Shown: positions 1-9,021, counted from the stretch's first letter. The stretch is DNA of 34,675 nucleotides from Corallococcus sp. CA053C (GCF_003611675.1 NZ_RAWA01000053.1:1-34675), one strand, 5' to 3'. Numbers and translations are program-made. The notes: a model not told the origin generated them from the letters alone.

Positions 1-1058
1 GGCCAGGTGAGGGCGGAGGGCATGGGCTCGGAGCCGTCCGCGGACACGGGGCCCGCGGCGCGGGCGGCGGCGAGCAGGCGCAGCGCCGCGTCCTCGGCGG
101 CGTCCTCCGCGGCCAGCTCCGTCATGCGCGCGGACTTCTGCCACATCCGGCGCGCGAAGGCCGCGATGCAGAGGGCCGAAGCGGCGAGCCACAGCAGCGC
201 GGAGCTGGTGGTGAGCGGCAGCCAGCCGTACCGGGCCGCGAGCCCCTCGCGCCAGTCCTGCTCCTCCAGCAGCAGCGACGTGCGGAAGGCCTTGCCGAAG
301 GCCTGCTCGAAAGGCTCTCCCGCGCGCACGCCGTCCACCAGCAGGCCCATGGCCTGGGGGCCGTGCTTCCCGGTGAGGTAGGCCACGAAGGCGGCGCTCT
401 GCGCGTAGGCGATCTCCACGTCGGCGGGCACGTCCGGCCAGTCCTCGGACAGGTCCTCGAAGTGGAAGACGCGCTCCTGCGTCACGGCGCGGAAGAGGGC
501 GCTGTAGTGCGCGACGGAGTAGCGCTCGTCGGTGAGGTTCTGCGCCACGCCCTCCTGGAACCAGCGCGGCCACTCCTTCGCCAGCTGCCCCAGCGCCACG
601 TGCGCCAGCTCATGCCTCAGCGTCGTGGGGCCCTCCGTGTCGCTCAGGCTCAGCGCGTCCAGGAGGATGATCTGATGCGCGGGGTAGGCGAGCGCCACCG
701 CCCAGCCCGGGGGCTTGCCGCCGGGGAGCGCCAGCGCCTCGAACTCCGCGCGGCCCACGCCCAGCCGGATCTCCGTGGTGCCCGGCCAGTCGCGCCCGAG
801 CATCGCGCCGAAGCTGTCGCGCACGCCCTCAATCTGCTGGGCCAGCGCCCGGGCCGCGCCCGTCGCCTTCGCCGTGTGGACGATGACGAAGCGCTTCGTG
901 CGCAGCTCACCCGTTGCCAGCGCGGGCCGTGCGTGGGGCACCAGCGCGCTGTCGGTGACGACGGCCTCCTGGCTGTGGATTCCGCGCGGACCCTCGTCCT
1001 GCGCGAACACCGGGGGCGAGGCCAGCAGCATCATCAGGACGGCGAACAGGCGGAGCAT
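1..1058 (-). CDS. Secreted zinc metallopeptidase-like protein (HExxH, peptidase MA-like). The ATG is at 1058 and the ORF runs off the window start, so the C-terminus is missing.
   Basis: Manual reverse-complement translation from ATG 1058..1056 gives MLRLFAVLMMLLASPPVFAQ (signal peptide), then a clean protein-like sequence with RHELAHVALGQL (HExxH) and no stop before position 1. It is absent from the ORF track because no stop lies in the window. Confidence 0.55.
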   Translation of the reverse strand, partial: MLRLFAVLMMLLASPPVFAQDEGPRGIHSQEAVVTDSALVPHARPALATGELRTKRFVIVHTAKATGAARALAQQIEGVRDSFGAMLGRDWPGTTEIRLGVGRAEFEALALPGGKPPGWAVALAYPAHQIILLDALSLSDTEGPTTLRHELAHVALGQLAKEWPRWFQEGVAQNLTDERYSVAHYSALFRAVTQERVFHFEDLSEDWPDVPADVEIAYAQSAAFVAYLTGKHGPQAMGLLVDGVRAGEPFEQAFGKAFRTSLLLEEQDWREGLAARYGWLPLTTSSALLWLAASALCIAAFARRMWQKSARMTELAAEDAAEDAALRLLAAARAAGPVSADGSEPMPSALTW

Positions 1059-1066
1059 GCGTGGCC

Positions 1067-1366
1067 TCACGGTCCACCAGAGATAACAGCCTCCACCGCC
1101 GCCGCATCAACCCCCTGCACCTTCAATCGCTTACGGCGCGACGTGTCACCCGCCGTGAGGGTCACCTGCCGGCGCGGGACACCCAGCTTTTTCGCGATGA
1201 ATTCCACCAGGGCGGCATTCGCTTCGCCGTCCACGGGCGGGGCCGCGAGTTGGATCTTCAACTGGCCGTCGTGTTCCCCCACGAACTTCGTGCGGGACGC
1301 GCGCGGCTGGACGAGCACCGTCAGCTCCACCCCGTCGGGCACTGCCTTGAGCCAGGGGGCGGGCAC
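1067..1366 (-). CDS. DUF167 / YggU family protein (UPF0235)
   Basis: 99-aa ORF. The LKIQLAAPPVDGEANAALVEFIAKKLGVPRRQVTLTAGDTSRRKRLKV pattern is typical of the YggU family. It sits 3 bp downstream of divIVA on the same strand. Confidence 0.8.
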   Translation of the reverse strand: MPAPWLKAVPDGVELTVLVQPRASRTKFVGEHDGQLKIQLAAPPVDGEANAALVEFIAKKLGVPRRQVTLTAGDTSRRKRLKVQGVDAAAVEAVISGGP

Positions 1367-1369
1367 GGG

Positions 1370-1897
1370 CTAGTCGTTGGAGTTGGCCTTCTTCTGCGTC
1401 AGGAAGGCGACGTTGTCCTCGACGCGCGCGTAGTCGCGGTCCGCGAACGAGGGCGCGGCGAACGTCTCCAGCAGCTTGCGGTGGGCCTCCACCACGGAGC
1501 GCACCTGCGACTCGAACTGGGTGCGCTGGCGCTTGAGCTCGTTGATGTCTTCCACCACCTGCACCAGCCGCTGGTGCGCACCGTGGACGATCTTCTCCGC
1601 CTGGTGCTCCGCGTCCGCGATGATGATCTCCGCTTCCTTCTTCGCGGCGTCCTTCAGGTCCTCGCTGATGCGCTGCGCGGTGACCATCGTCTCCTGGAGG
1701 GTGCGCTCGCGCTCCTGGTGTTGCTCGAGCTTGTGCTGCGTGCGCTTGAGCTCCTCCTTGAGCGCGATGTTCTCCTTCACCACCTCTTCGAACTCACCGG
1801 CGATGAGCTCCAGGTACGCGCTCACTTCGGGACGCGCGTAGCCGCGCATCGCCGTCTCGAAGCGCTTCTGCCGGATGTCGAGCGGGGTGATCTTCAT
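1370..1897 (-). CDS. divIVA: DivIVA domain cell-division protein. The start is the internal ATG giving MKITPLDIRQKRF, and the ORF track start at 1963 is probably an over-extension.
   Basis: The N-terminus MKITPLDIRQKRFETAMRGYARPEV is the canonical DivIVA N-terminal domain, followed by a long coiled-coil-like region. Confidence 0.8.
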   Translation of the reverse strand: MKITPLDIRQKRFETAMRGYARPEVSAYLELIAGEFEEVVKENIALKEELKRTQHKLEQHQERERTLQETMVTAQRISEDLKDAAKKEAEIIIADAEHQAEKIVHGAHQRLVQVVEDINELKRQRTQFESQVRSVVEAHRKLLETFAAPSFADRDYARVEDNVAFLTQKKANSND

Positions 1898-1987
1898 GCG
1901 CGCCAGTCTAACCCATACACGCGCGCACTCCAGGAATCGGCCCCCCTGCCGGGGGGAGGACACGGCAAGCAGGCAGGCAGGCGTGTC

Positions 1988-2581
1988 TCAGGGCGTCGCG
2001 GTCGCGGCGCCGTCCCACTGCGACACCACGGAGCGCGCGGCGTTCTGCACCGCGTAGCCCATGCGACTGTCCGCGGCCACGTCCTGCACGGTGCGCCGCG
2101 CGGTGGGGGTGCGCTGGTAGAGCAGCCCTCCCAGGGCCTGGATCTTCAGGGCGTCCGGCAGGCGCGGGTGCCGCACGATGTTGCCCAGGATCTCTTCCGC
2201 GCGGCGGTGCTGGAAGAGCGCCACCGCGCGCAGCGCCGCCTGCTGGATGCGCGGGTTCGGATCCCAGATGAACGCGGCCAGCGGGTCCAGGGCGCGCGGG
2301 TCGCCCAGCAGCGCCAGGTCCTCGATGGCGAGCGTGCGGATCTCCTCCGGCGCCGGCTCCGAGGCCCACAGCAGGCCCCTCAGGAGCGCCACGTCCGGCG
2401 TGCTCACGTCCGCGGGCGTCGGGGAGGGCCGGGTCAGGGCGGCCTTGTCGGCGCCCGCCTTGTCTCCGGAGGCCTTGTCTCCAGAGGCTTTCTCCGGGGC
2501 CGGCTTCAGGGGAGCCCGGGCCGGAGCCTGGGCGTGCGCGGCGGCGGTCAGCAGCAGGGCGGCGGCGAGGAGCGGACGCAT
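1988..2581 (-). CDS. Secreted HEAT/PBS-lyase-like repeat protein
   Basis: Signal peptide MRPLLAAALLLTAAAHAQA, repeated A/L-rich helical units (e.g. DPNPRIQQAALRAVALF, EDLALLGDPRALDPLAAFI), and a low-complexity KASGDKASGDKAG linker. Confidence 0.55.
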   Translation of the reverse strand: MRPLLAAALLLTAAAHAQAPARAPLKPAPEKASGDKASGDKAGADKAALTRPSPTPADVSTPDVALLRGLLWASEPAPEEIRTLAIEDLALLGDPRALDPLAAFIWDPNPRIQQAALRAVALFQHRRAEEILGNIVRHPRLPDALKIQALGGLLYQRTPTARRTVQDVAADSRMGYAVQNAARSVVSQWDGAATATP

Positions 2582-2698
2582 GGCCCCGTTCTACCCGAAT
2601 CCCGGGGCCCGGACAGCGGGATGGAACACCCCCCTGGGTCGCGGGCGACATTTTCTTGACGGGATCGTCGGACGTGGGAGGTTGCTGGCGCTACAGGC

Positions 2699-3241
2699 GT
2701 GTTGCGAACGGAGAGCGAAGACATCATGGGTGCGGCGGTCGCGAGCTGGCAGACGCTGGAGAACGTCGAAGTGGAGTGCACCCACTGCGGCGTCATGATG
2801 ACCCTCCAGCCCGGGAACCGGGTGAAGTACTTCCGGTGTGGTTCATGCCACCGCTGGGTGTCCAGCACCTACAGCGAGGTGTTCCGCGCGGACTCGAAGA
2901 TGCGCACGCACCCGGTGAAGGACACCGCGGACGCGGATGCGCGCTTCGTGGAGGTGAAGGACCGGCTGGACAAGTGGCTCACCGCCGTCCAGGAGCAGTG
3001 CCCGTACCAGATGATGGGCGTGTCGCCGTTGGATCCGCCCGACGTGGTGCGCGCGCGCTTCCACGCGCTGGCCATGGAGCGGCACCCGGACCGGGGCGGC
3101 TCCGCCGAGCAGATGCGCGAACTCAACGCCGCCTACGAGCGCATCCTCAAGCACCGTCAGCGCAAGCGGATGGAGTCGCTGTCCTCCGGCACGGCCTCGC
3201 GCGCGACGCCCACGTCCGTCCTGCCCGCGCGCAGCAGGTAG
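2699..3241 (+). CDS. J-domain (DnaJ-like) protein with an N-terminal Cys4 zinc ribbon. The GTG at 2699 is called by the track, and an ATG at 2726 is an alternative start.
   Basis: CTHCG...CGSCHRW zinc-ribbon motif. The J domain contains PYQMMGVSPLDPPDVVRARFHALAMERHPDRGG with the HPD tripeptide. Confidence 0.7.
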   Translation: MLRTESEDIMGAAVASWQTLENVEVECTHCGVMMTLQPGNRVKYFRCGSCHRWVSSTYSEVFRADSKMRTHPVKDTADADARFVEVKDRLDKWLTAVQEQCPYQMMGVSPLDPPDVVRARFHALAMERHPDRGGSAEQMRELNAAYERILKHRQRKRMESLSSGTASRATPTSVLPARSR

Positions 3242-4167
3242 AGCCAGAAGAGCGCTCCCAGTGACAGGCCCAGCCCCACCTTGGCCCAGGTGGGGAAGAA
3301 GCGGCCCGGGGAGATGAAGCCCTCCACCACGCCGATGCCGGCGAGGAAGGGCGCGCAGCCCACCACCAGCTTCACCGCCTCGCGGCCGCGCACCTGGAGC
3401 GCCTGCGCCCGGGGCAGCTCGCCGGGGTCGATGAGCGCCTGGCCCACCATCAGGCCCGCGCCCCCCGCGATGACGATGATGGACAGCTCCACCGGCCCGT
3501 GCGCGGCGATGAAGTCCAGGAAGCCCACCGCCATGCCCTCGCGGAAGCACAGCGCGCCCACCGCGCCAATCAGCACGCCGTTGTTCACCAGCGTGAAGAT
3601 GGGCCCCACGCCCAGGAGGATGCCGGACGCGAACGCGAACAGCGTGACGGTGAGGTTGTTGGTCGCGATGCCGGAGGCCACCGCGTTGGGCGGCGCCACC
3701 GACAGCAGATCATCCGTCCACATGCGCCCCTGGGCCACGTAGCGCCGCACCCCCTCCGGCACCAGCAGCTCCGCGCCGCGCGGCTCCAGCGTCACCACCA
3801 GCGCGCCCAGCAGCAACCCCAACACCAGCAGGCCCGCGCTCACGCCCACGAAGCGCGCCTCGCGGCGCAGGGTGGCCGGGAAGTCGCGCCGGAAGAAGTC
3901 GCGCGTGGCGGCCCAGCGCTCGCGGGGCGGCTGGTAGATGGCGCCATACGCCTGCCCGCACAGCTGGTTGAGGAACCGGTGCGCGTCCGTGCCCGGGTAG
4001 AACGTCTGCGCCTGGGCCAGGTCCGCGGCCGCGCGGCGGTAGAGCGTGTCCAGCCGTCGCAGCTCGTCCAGGTGCAGCCGGCCCGACCTCTGGCGCGTCA
4101 GGAGCCCCTGGAGCGCGTCCCAGTCCGGCCGGCGCCGGGTGACGAAGGCGGGGAGGGGAAGGGCCAT
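3157..4167 (-). CDS. SpoIIM-like (DUF95) polytopic membrane protein
   Basis: 336 aa with multiple hydrophobic helices. The N-terminal cytoplasmic segment is typical of bacterial stage II sporulation protein M homologs. Its start lies 1 nt after the stop of the upstream RDD gene, so the pair is an operon. Its 3' end overlaps the convergent J-domain gene by 85 bp. Confidence 0.65.
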   Translation of the reverse strand: MALPLPAFVTRRRPDWDALQGLLTRQRSGRLHLDELRRLDTLYRRAAADLAQAQTFYPGTDAHRFLNQLCGQAYGAIYQPPRERWAATRDFFRRDFPATLRREARFVGVSAGLLVLGLLLGALVVTLEPRGAELLVPEGVRRYVAQGRMWTDDLLSVAPPNAVASGIATNNLTVTLFAFASGILLGVGPIFTLVNNGVLIGAVGALCFREGMAVGFLDFIAAHGPVELSIIVIAGGAGLMVGQALIDPGELPRAQALQVRGREAVKLVVGCAPFLAGIGVVEGFISPGRFFPTWAKVGLGLSLGALFWLYLLRAGRTDVGVAREAVPEDSDSIRLR

Positions 4168-4168
4168 G

Positions 4169-4939
4169 TCAGTGGCTCGCCCGGGCGCGCGCGCGCAGGA
4201 AGGCCTCCGTGGCGTCCGCGGAGGCGAGCACCCGCTCGCGCTCCGCGTCCGTCAGCGAGGCGCCCACGCGGTCCACCATCCGCGCGCCCAGCCGTCGCCG
4301 CACCTCCGGCTCCAGCCCGGACGCGCGCGACAGGAACGCCAACACCAGCTCCACGTCCTCCGCGTCCAGCGGGCGCTCAGGCGACGCGGGCGCGGGAGGC
4401 GCTTCGGAGGCGGGGGCCTGCGTGTACTTGTCCAGGTCGATGGCCTCCTCGCGCACCAGCACGGTGCCGGCGAGCAGGTCTCCCAGCCGGCGGTGCCGCC
4501 CGTCCAGCAGCATGGTGATGCAGCCGGTGGCGTAGAGCACCGGCAGGAAGTCCACCGCGCGGCACAGGTTGCGCACGGCGCTCTCGTAGAAGCCCACCGG
4601 CGCGCCGTCCTCGCGCACGACGCGGATCTTCAGCACGCGCTTGCCGGGTGTCTGTCCATGGAAGAAGACCTCCGCCAGCGTCCAGTACAGCCATTGCGTG
4701 GCGAAGATGCCCACCGCGAACAGCGACTGCGCCAGCCCCGACAGCGCCTGGAATGCGCCCAGCACGTCGGAGATGAGCAGGGTGATGACGAAGTAGAGGG
4801 CGACCCAGAAGAAGAACAGCAGGCTTGCGTCCACCAGCCACGCAAGACAGCGGTAGCCGATGCCGGCCACGGGCAGGGACAGCGCCACCCGTTCGGGCGT
4901 GGCGACGTCGACGTGAGGTGCGGGGGCGGAGGGTGTCAT
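4169..4939 (-). CDS. RDD family membrane protein. The start is taken at MTPSAPAP..., and the track ORF extends to 5128.
   Basis: Hydrophobic helices around an R..D..D-containing core (LAWLVDASLL, VVREDGAPVGFYESAVRNLCRAVDFLPVLY). The choice of start is inference. Confidence 0.65.
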   Translation of the reverse strand: MTPSAPAPHVDVATPERVALSLPVAGIGYRCLAWLVDASLLFFFWVALYFVITLLISDVLGAFQALSGLAQSLFAVGIFATQWLYWTLAEVFFHGQTPGKRVLKIRVVREDGAPVGFYESAVRNLCRAVDFLPVLYATGCITMLLDGRHRRLGDLLAGTVLVREEAIDLDKYTQAPASEAPPAPASPERPLDAEDVELVLAFLSRASGLEPEVRRRLGARMVDRVGASLTDAERERVLASADATEAFLRARARASH

Positions 4940-5417
4940 GCGTGTCGGACGCACAGCATACGCCCTTGGCGTCCAGGGCGCGCCCTCCGTGTTTTGCGTG
5001 CCACCAACACCCGGGAGCCAAAACAGCGCACGAAACATCGAATGGTGGACGCAAATGCGTGTCCCTGGCTGGACAGCGATCCTGGCCTGACGGACGAGGG
5101 CCTGGATTTCGATACACTTCATGCGCAATTGACAGTCCCGACAAAGCCGGTTCGCACGGAGCGGCTGAGGGTGTTAGGGTCTCGGGTGGTGGTTGGCATT
5201 GCCCGAGCGAAAAAGGAGGAACGGCCCGAAGGGGCCGGTTCGGCAGTCGCAAGCGCAGTCCGCAGTGCAGCACGGACAAGACCCCCGGATGGAGTTGAAG
5301 CGCGGTTCTCGCACGCCCATCACAGGCGGAAGTTCCGCCGCGGTTCCACCGACTCCGGGGCAGGTTGCAGTCGACAGGTTGTAAAGCAATTCGCCACGAC
5401 GGCTGGGGGGCCATCGC

Positions 5418-6104
5418 ATGGCAGCGAATCAATCCGCAGTGCGTATTTCGATTCTCGAAGGACCTTGGGCGGCCTGGCAGGGCCTCTCCGACGGACTTCG
5501 GGGTGAGGGTCATTCCACTTCGGTGACGCGCGACGTGCGCGGCTTCCTGGATGGGCTTGGAACGGATCCGCCGCAGGTGGCCATTCTGGATGTGGAGAGT
5601 GATGGCGAAGCCGCCATTGGCTGCTCCGTGACGGAAGGGCTCAACCTGCTGCGCGAGGCCCGCAAGCGCAGACTGGAAGTCCGCATGTTGCTCCTGTCCG
5701 CCGTGAGCACGCCGGAGGTCATCTCCCAGTGCTTCGACGAGGGCGCCTCCGGCTACCTCTTCCGCGCGGGGCTGGGCGTCAATGCCGTCTCTTCCGCGGT
5801 CCAGTCACTGGTGAGGGGCGAGCGCCTCTTCCCGGTGCAACTGCTGCGCAATGACTTCGAACATCCGCCGGTGACGTCACCCACGGCGAGCGTGCTGCTG
5901 CTGCTCACGCAGCGGGAGCGCGAGGTGCTGGCGTACGTGGCGGGAGGCGCGGACAACCTGAAGATCGCCGCGCACCTTCAAATCGCCGAGCGCACGGTGA
6001 AGTCACACGTCACGCAGCTCTACCGCAAGCTTGGAGCGGAGAACCGCACCCAGCTTGCCCTGCGCGCCTGCCATCTGGGCGTCAGGCCTCCGCCGGACCT
6101 CTAG
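5418..6104 (+). CDS. LuxR/FixJ-family response regulator (atypical receiver domain plus C-terminal LuxR HTH)
   Basis: The C-terminus LTQREREVLAYVAGGADNLKIAAHLQIAERTVKSHVTQLYRKLGAENRTQLA is a textbook LuxR-type HTH. The N-terminal ~120 aa is receiver-like (VAILDVESDGEA). Confidence 0.8.
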   Translation: MAANQSAVRISILEGPWAAWQGLSDGLRGEGHSTSVTRDVRGFLDGLGTDPPQVAILDVESDGEAAIGCSVTEGLNLLREARKRRLEVRMLLLSAVSTPEVISQCFDEGASGYLFRAGLGVNAVSSAVQSLVRGERLFPVQLLRNDFEHPPVTSPTASVLLLLTQREREVLAYVAGGADNLKIAAHLQIAERTVKSHVTQLYRKLGAENRTQLALRACHLGVRPPPDL

Positions 6105-6119
6105 TCGGGGACCGGCCCA

Positions 6120-6142
6120 CCCTCCCCGCGAACCGGGGAGGG
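6120..6142. terminator. GC-rich hairpin between convergent luxR-type and mbtH-like genes, probably a bidirectional terminator
   Basis: CCCTCCCCG (6120-6128), a 5-nt loop, then CGGGGAGGG (6134-6142), giving a perfect 9-bp stem. It lies 16 bp after the stop at 6104 and 29 bp before the stop of the minus-strand gene at 6171. Confidence 0.4.
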
Positions 6143-6170
6143 AGTCGCGGCAGTCGGAAACGGCGCGGCC

Positions 6171-6392
6171 CTAGTTCTTGCGGGCCGCCTCTTCCATCTT
6201 CTTGCGGAGGCTCAGGGGACGCATGTCCGTCCAGACCTCCTTGATGTACTCCAGGCACTCGGCCTTCAGGCCCTGCTTGCCGGCGTCCTTCCAGCCCAGC
6301 GCGTTCTCGCGGTCGGCGGGCCAGATGGAGTACTGCTCTTCGTGGTTCACGACGACCTTGTAGATGGTCGTGTCTTCGCGCTCGTCGCTCAT
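6171..6392 (-). CDS. MbtH-like protein
   Basis: 73 aa, [41 protein letters not shown], with the conserved MbtH Trp/Pro signature (N.E.QYS.WP....P.GW). Confidence 0.85.
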   Translation of the reverse strand: MSDEREDTTIYKVVVNHEEQYSIWPADRENALGWKDAGKQGLKAECLEYIKEVWTDMRPLSLRKKMEEAARKN

Positions 6393-6581
6393 GGGGGGTG
6401 GCTCCTACGACACCAGGGAGCCCCTTTCGTCGCACACCCGGGGAAAAGCGGTCAAGGTAGGCGAACGGGAAGGCTCGGGAGCCGTCCTGTCAGGGCGGAT
6501 CCGCGCCCGGCCGCCCGGTAGGGCTCCACCCGTGACCCGCGTCCGTGACACAGGGGATGCGGGCCACGGATACTCCCGCCC

Positions 6582-7589
6582 ATGCGCTTCTTGAAGAACG
6601 GCATCGCGGGCATCCTCCTCCTCGTGGGAGGCGCCTGGGCCGCGCTGGCCCTGGCCCTCACGGGCTCAGGCCCGGAAGGTCCCCACCTGGGGAGGGCCCT
6701 CTTCGCCGTGGGGCTCCTGGGCGCGGCGGTGGCCGCGTGGCGGTGGCGCTCCCGGCGCTGGAGCGTGGCGGTGGTGCTGGTGGGGTGCGCGGCCGTGTAC
6801 GGCTGGGTGCGCACGGTGCAGCCCTCCAACACCCGGGACTGGGCGCCGGACCTGACGCGGGCGCCGTGGGCGGAGGTCGCCGGCTCGAAGGTGACGCTCC
6901 ACGAGGTGCGCGACTTCCGCTACCGCAGCACCACGGACTGGGATGAGGCCTGGTACACGGCCACCTACGACACGGACGCGCTCACGGGCGCGTCGTTCAT
7001 CGTGGAGCCCTTCTCCGGGTTCTACGGCGCGGCGCACACGATGGTGTCCTTCAGCTTCCAGGACGGCCGCCACGTGGTGTTCTCCGTGGAGGTGCGGCGC
7101 GAGAAGGGCGAGACGTTCTCCGCGGTGGGCGGCCTGTTCCGCCGCTTCGAGCTGGCGTACGTCGTGGGCGACGAGCGCGACCTCGTGCAGCTGCGCTCCA
7201 ACTTCCGCCACGACGCCGTGTACCTGTACCCCGTGAAGGCGTCGAAGGAGCGCGTCACCGCGTTCTTCCTGGACATGGTGCAGCGGATGAACGGGCTGCA
7301 CGCGGCGCCGGAGTTCTACGACACGCTCACCAGCAACTGCACCACCAACCTGGTGCGCCACTTCGAGAAGGTGGCCACGAAGGACGTGCCCTATGATCAC
7401 CGCACGCTGATGCCCGCGTTCGCGGACGCGCTCGCGTACGAGCTGGGCATCATCGACACGGACGCCCCGCTGGAGCAGGTCCGCGCGCGCTACCACATCA
7501 ACGCGCGCGCGCTGGCGGCGCAGGGGCAGGACGACTTCTCCCAGCGCATCCGCGCCCCCGAGCCCACCGCCACCGCCCCGGCGCCGTGA
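6582..7589 (+). CDS. DUF4105 domain-containing membrane-anchored protein
   Basis: N-terminal TM/signal segment followed by a conserved region (VTLHEVRDFRYRSTTDWDEAWYT...FIVEPFSGFYGAAHTMVSF) typical of DUF4105. Confidence 0.65.
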   Translation: MRFLKNGIAGILLLVGGAWAALALALTGSGPEGPHLGRALFAVGLLGAAVAAWRWRSRRWSVAVVLVGCAAVYGWVRTVQPSNTRDWAPDLTRAPWAEVAGSKVTLHEVRDFRYRSTTDWDEAWYTATYDTDALTGASFIVEPFSGFYGAAHTMVSFSFQDGRHVVFSVEVRREKGETFSAVGGLFRRFELAYVVGDERDLVQLRSNFRHDAVYLYPVKASKERVTAFFLDMVQRMNGLHAAPEFYDTLTSNCTTNLVRHFEKVATKDVPYDHRTLMPAFADALAYELGIIDTDAPLEQVRARYHINARALAAQGQDDFSQRIRAPEPTATAPAP

Positions 7590-7590
7590 C

Positions 7591-8328
7591 TCAGGTGCCC
7601 GTCTTCTTCAGGTCGCCCTGGAGGTGTCGCACGTAGTGCTCCTCCAGCGCGGTGAAGTAGCCGCGCTCCTCCCACAGCTCCTGGAGGAGCCGGTCGGTGA
7701 GGGACCGCACCTCCGCGCTCTCGCCCTCGCGGTCGGGCACGCGCGGGCCGCGCTTCGGGTCGAGCAGGGCGCGGGTGGCCTCCGCCATCAGCAGCCGGCT
7801 GCTCCGGAAGATGCGGCGCAGGGCCTGGTTGATGGGGCGGGCGTCCAGCTCCTTGCAGGCGGCCACGATGGCGTCCTGCACCTTCCGGGGCGCGTCACCC
7901 TGGAGGGACGCGGCGTCCAGGTCGCCGCGCTCCAGGGCGTGGTGCAGCAGGTAGCCGTGGTGCAGCGTCAACGACGTCAGGTCCACGCAGTCCTTCACCC
8001 AGAGGACGAAGAAGACCTTGCGGAACACCTTGCGCACCGGGAAGAGGGCCACGGCCTTCAGGTACGAAACGAGCCGCCCGCCCAGGCTGCGCGCCTCGTT
8101 GGAGCCGGCCAGCAGCGCCACGGCCTTGTCCGGGGCCTTGATGCCCCGCTCCTGGAGCTGGTCGCGCACGGCCTGCTCGCGCACCTGCCGCAGGGCGTAG
8201 TCGTCCAGGAAGGGCACGGGGATGAGCGGGGTGAGCCCGGCCGCCACGGCGTGGAAGGCCACGCGTTTGAGCGGGGGCGGCACGGCATTCGACGGACGGG
8301 GCGAGGGGTCGGCCATGGCGTGTTTCAT
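7591..8328 (-). CDS. Hypothetical protein. The real ~246-aa coding part is the C-terminal third of the 468-aa track ORF.
   Basis: Protein-like composition from MKHAMADPSPRP (ATG at 8328) onward. Upstream of that the ORF is Arg/Pro-rich antisense-type translation. The start is assigned by eye. Confidence 0.45.
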   Translation of the reverse strand: MKHAMADPSPRPSNAVPPPLKRVAFHAVAAGLTPLIPVPFLDDYALRQVREQAVRDQLQERGIKAPDKAVALLAGSNEARSLGGRLVSYLKAVALFPVRKVFRKVFFVLWVKDCVDLTSLTLHHGYLLHHALERGDLDAASLQGDAPRKVQDAIVAACKELDARPINQALRRIFRSSRLLMAEATRALLDPKRGPRVPDREGESAEVRSLTDRLLQELWEERGYFTALEEHYVRHLQGDLKKTGT

Positions 8329-8421
8329 AACCGCTTCCGTCCCGGCCGCCTTCCGTCGGTAGAGTGCCGGCAGGTTTTTTGTCGGCGGGAGTGTCCTGAA
8401 CTCCTCCGAGAGGTGGATTGG

Positions 8422-9003
8422 ATGAAGGCGAAGCTGGAACTCCCCATCGTGCCGTTCGCGTCGGAGAAGGCGTGGGAGAAGTGGCTGGAGAAGCACCACG
8501 CGGACTCGCCGGGTGTCTGGATGAAGCTCGCGAAGCGGGAGTCGGGCATCCCGTCGGTGACGTATGCGCAGGCGCTGGACGTGGCGCTCTGCTACGGGTG
8601 GATCGACGGGCAGAAGGACGCGCTCGACGCGGAGTACTGGCTCCAGCGCTTCACGCCCCGGGGCGCCCGCAGCCGGTGGTCGAAGATCAACTGCGGCAAG
8701 GTGGAGGCCCTCCTCGCCGCGGGGCGCATGAAGCCCGCGGGCCTGCGCGAGGTGGAGGCGGCCCGGGCCGACGGACGGTGGGAGACGGCGTACGCGGGGC
8801 CGAAGACCATCACCGTCCCGGAGGACCTGCTGCTCGCGCTGGACGCGAACCCGAAGGCGAAGGCGTTCTTCGCCACGCTCAAGAGCGCCAACCGGTACGC
8901 CATCCTCTACCGGCTCCACGAAGCGAAGAAGCCGGAGACGCGCGCGCGGCGGTTGGACATGTTCGTCGCCATGCTCGAGGCCGGCGAGACGCTCCACGGC
9001 TAG
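8422..9003 (+). CDS. YdeI/OmpD-associated family protein (PF13376-like)
   Basis: MKAKLELPIVPFASEKAWEKWLEKHHADSPGVWMKLAKRESG...ALDVALCYGWIDGQKDA...SRWSKINCGKVEALLAAGRMKPAGL...ADGRWETAY fits the family pattern. The ATG is at 8422, in frame with track ORF 7624..9003. Confidence 0.6.
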   Translation: MKAKLELPIVPFASEKAWEKWLEKHHADSPGVWMKLAKRESGIPSVTYAQALDVALCYGWIDGQKDALDAEYWLQRFTPRGARSRWSKINCGKVEALLAAGRMKPAGLREVEAARADGRWETAYAGPKTITVPEDLLLALDANPKAKAFFATLKSANRYAILYRLHEAKKPETRARRLDMFVAMLEAGETLHG

Positions 9004-9021
9004 GGACGGCGGGCAGGCGGG

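Noticed and set aside
363-2659. Long plus-strand ORFs (363..1373, 1061..2659) overlapping the minus-strand peptidase/YggU/DivIVA/HEAT genes
   Set aside because: Arg/Gly/Ala/Leu-dominated translations typical of antisense frames in high-GC DNA. The opposite strand encodes recognisable families (HExxH peptidase, DUF167, DivIVA).
5193-5384. 63-aa basic ORF in the RDD/LuxR intergenic spacer
   Set aside because: Rare codons for this genome (cga aaa agg agg) and a basic low-complexity product. More likely a structured leader than a gene (see finding).
7624-8421. N-terminal 266 codons of the 459-aa plus-strand ORF 7624..9003
   Set aside because: Only the portion from ATG 8422 (MKAKLELP...) looks like a real protein (YdeI family). 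The upstream part is antisense to the hypothetical gene 7591..8328 and is R/G/L-rich.
8329-8421. T6 run (gccggcaggttttttgtcggc) as an intrinsic terminator
   Set aside because: No adjacent stable stem precedes the T-run, and it lies between divergent gene starts where a terminator is not expected. It is more likely promoter/UP-element-like AT content.
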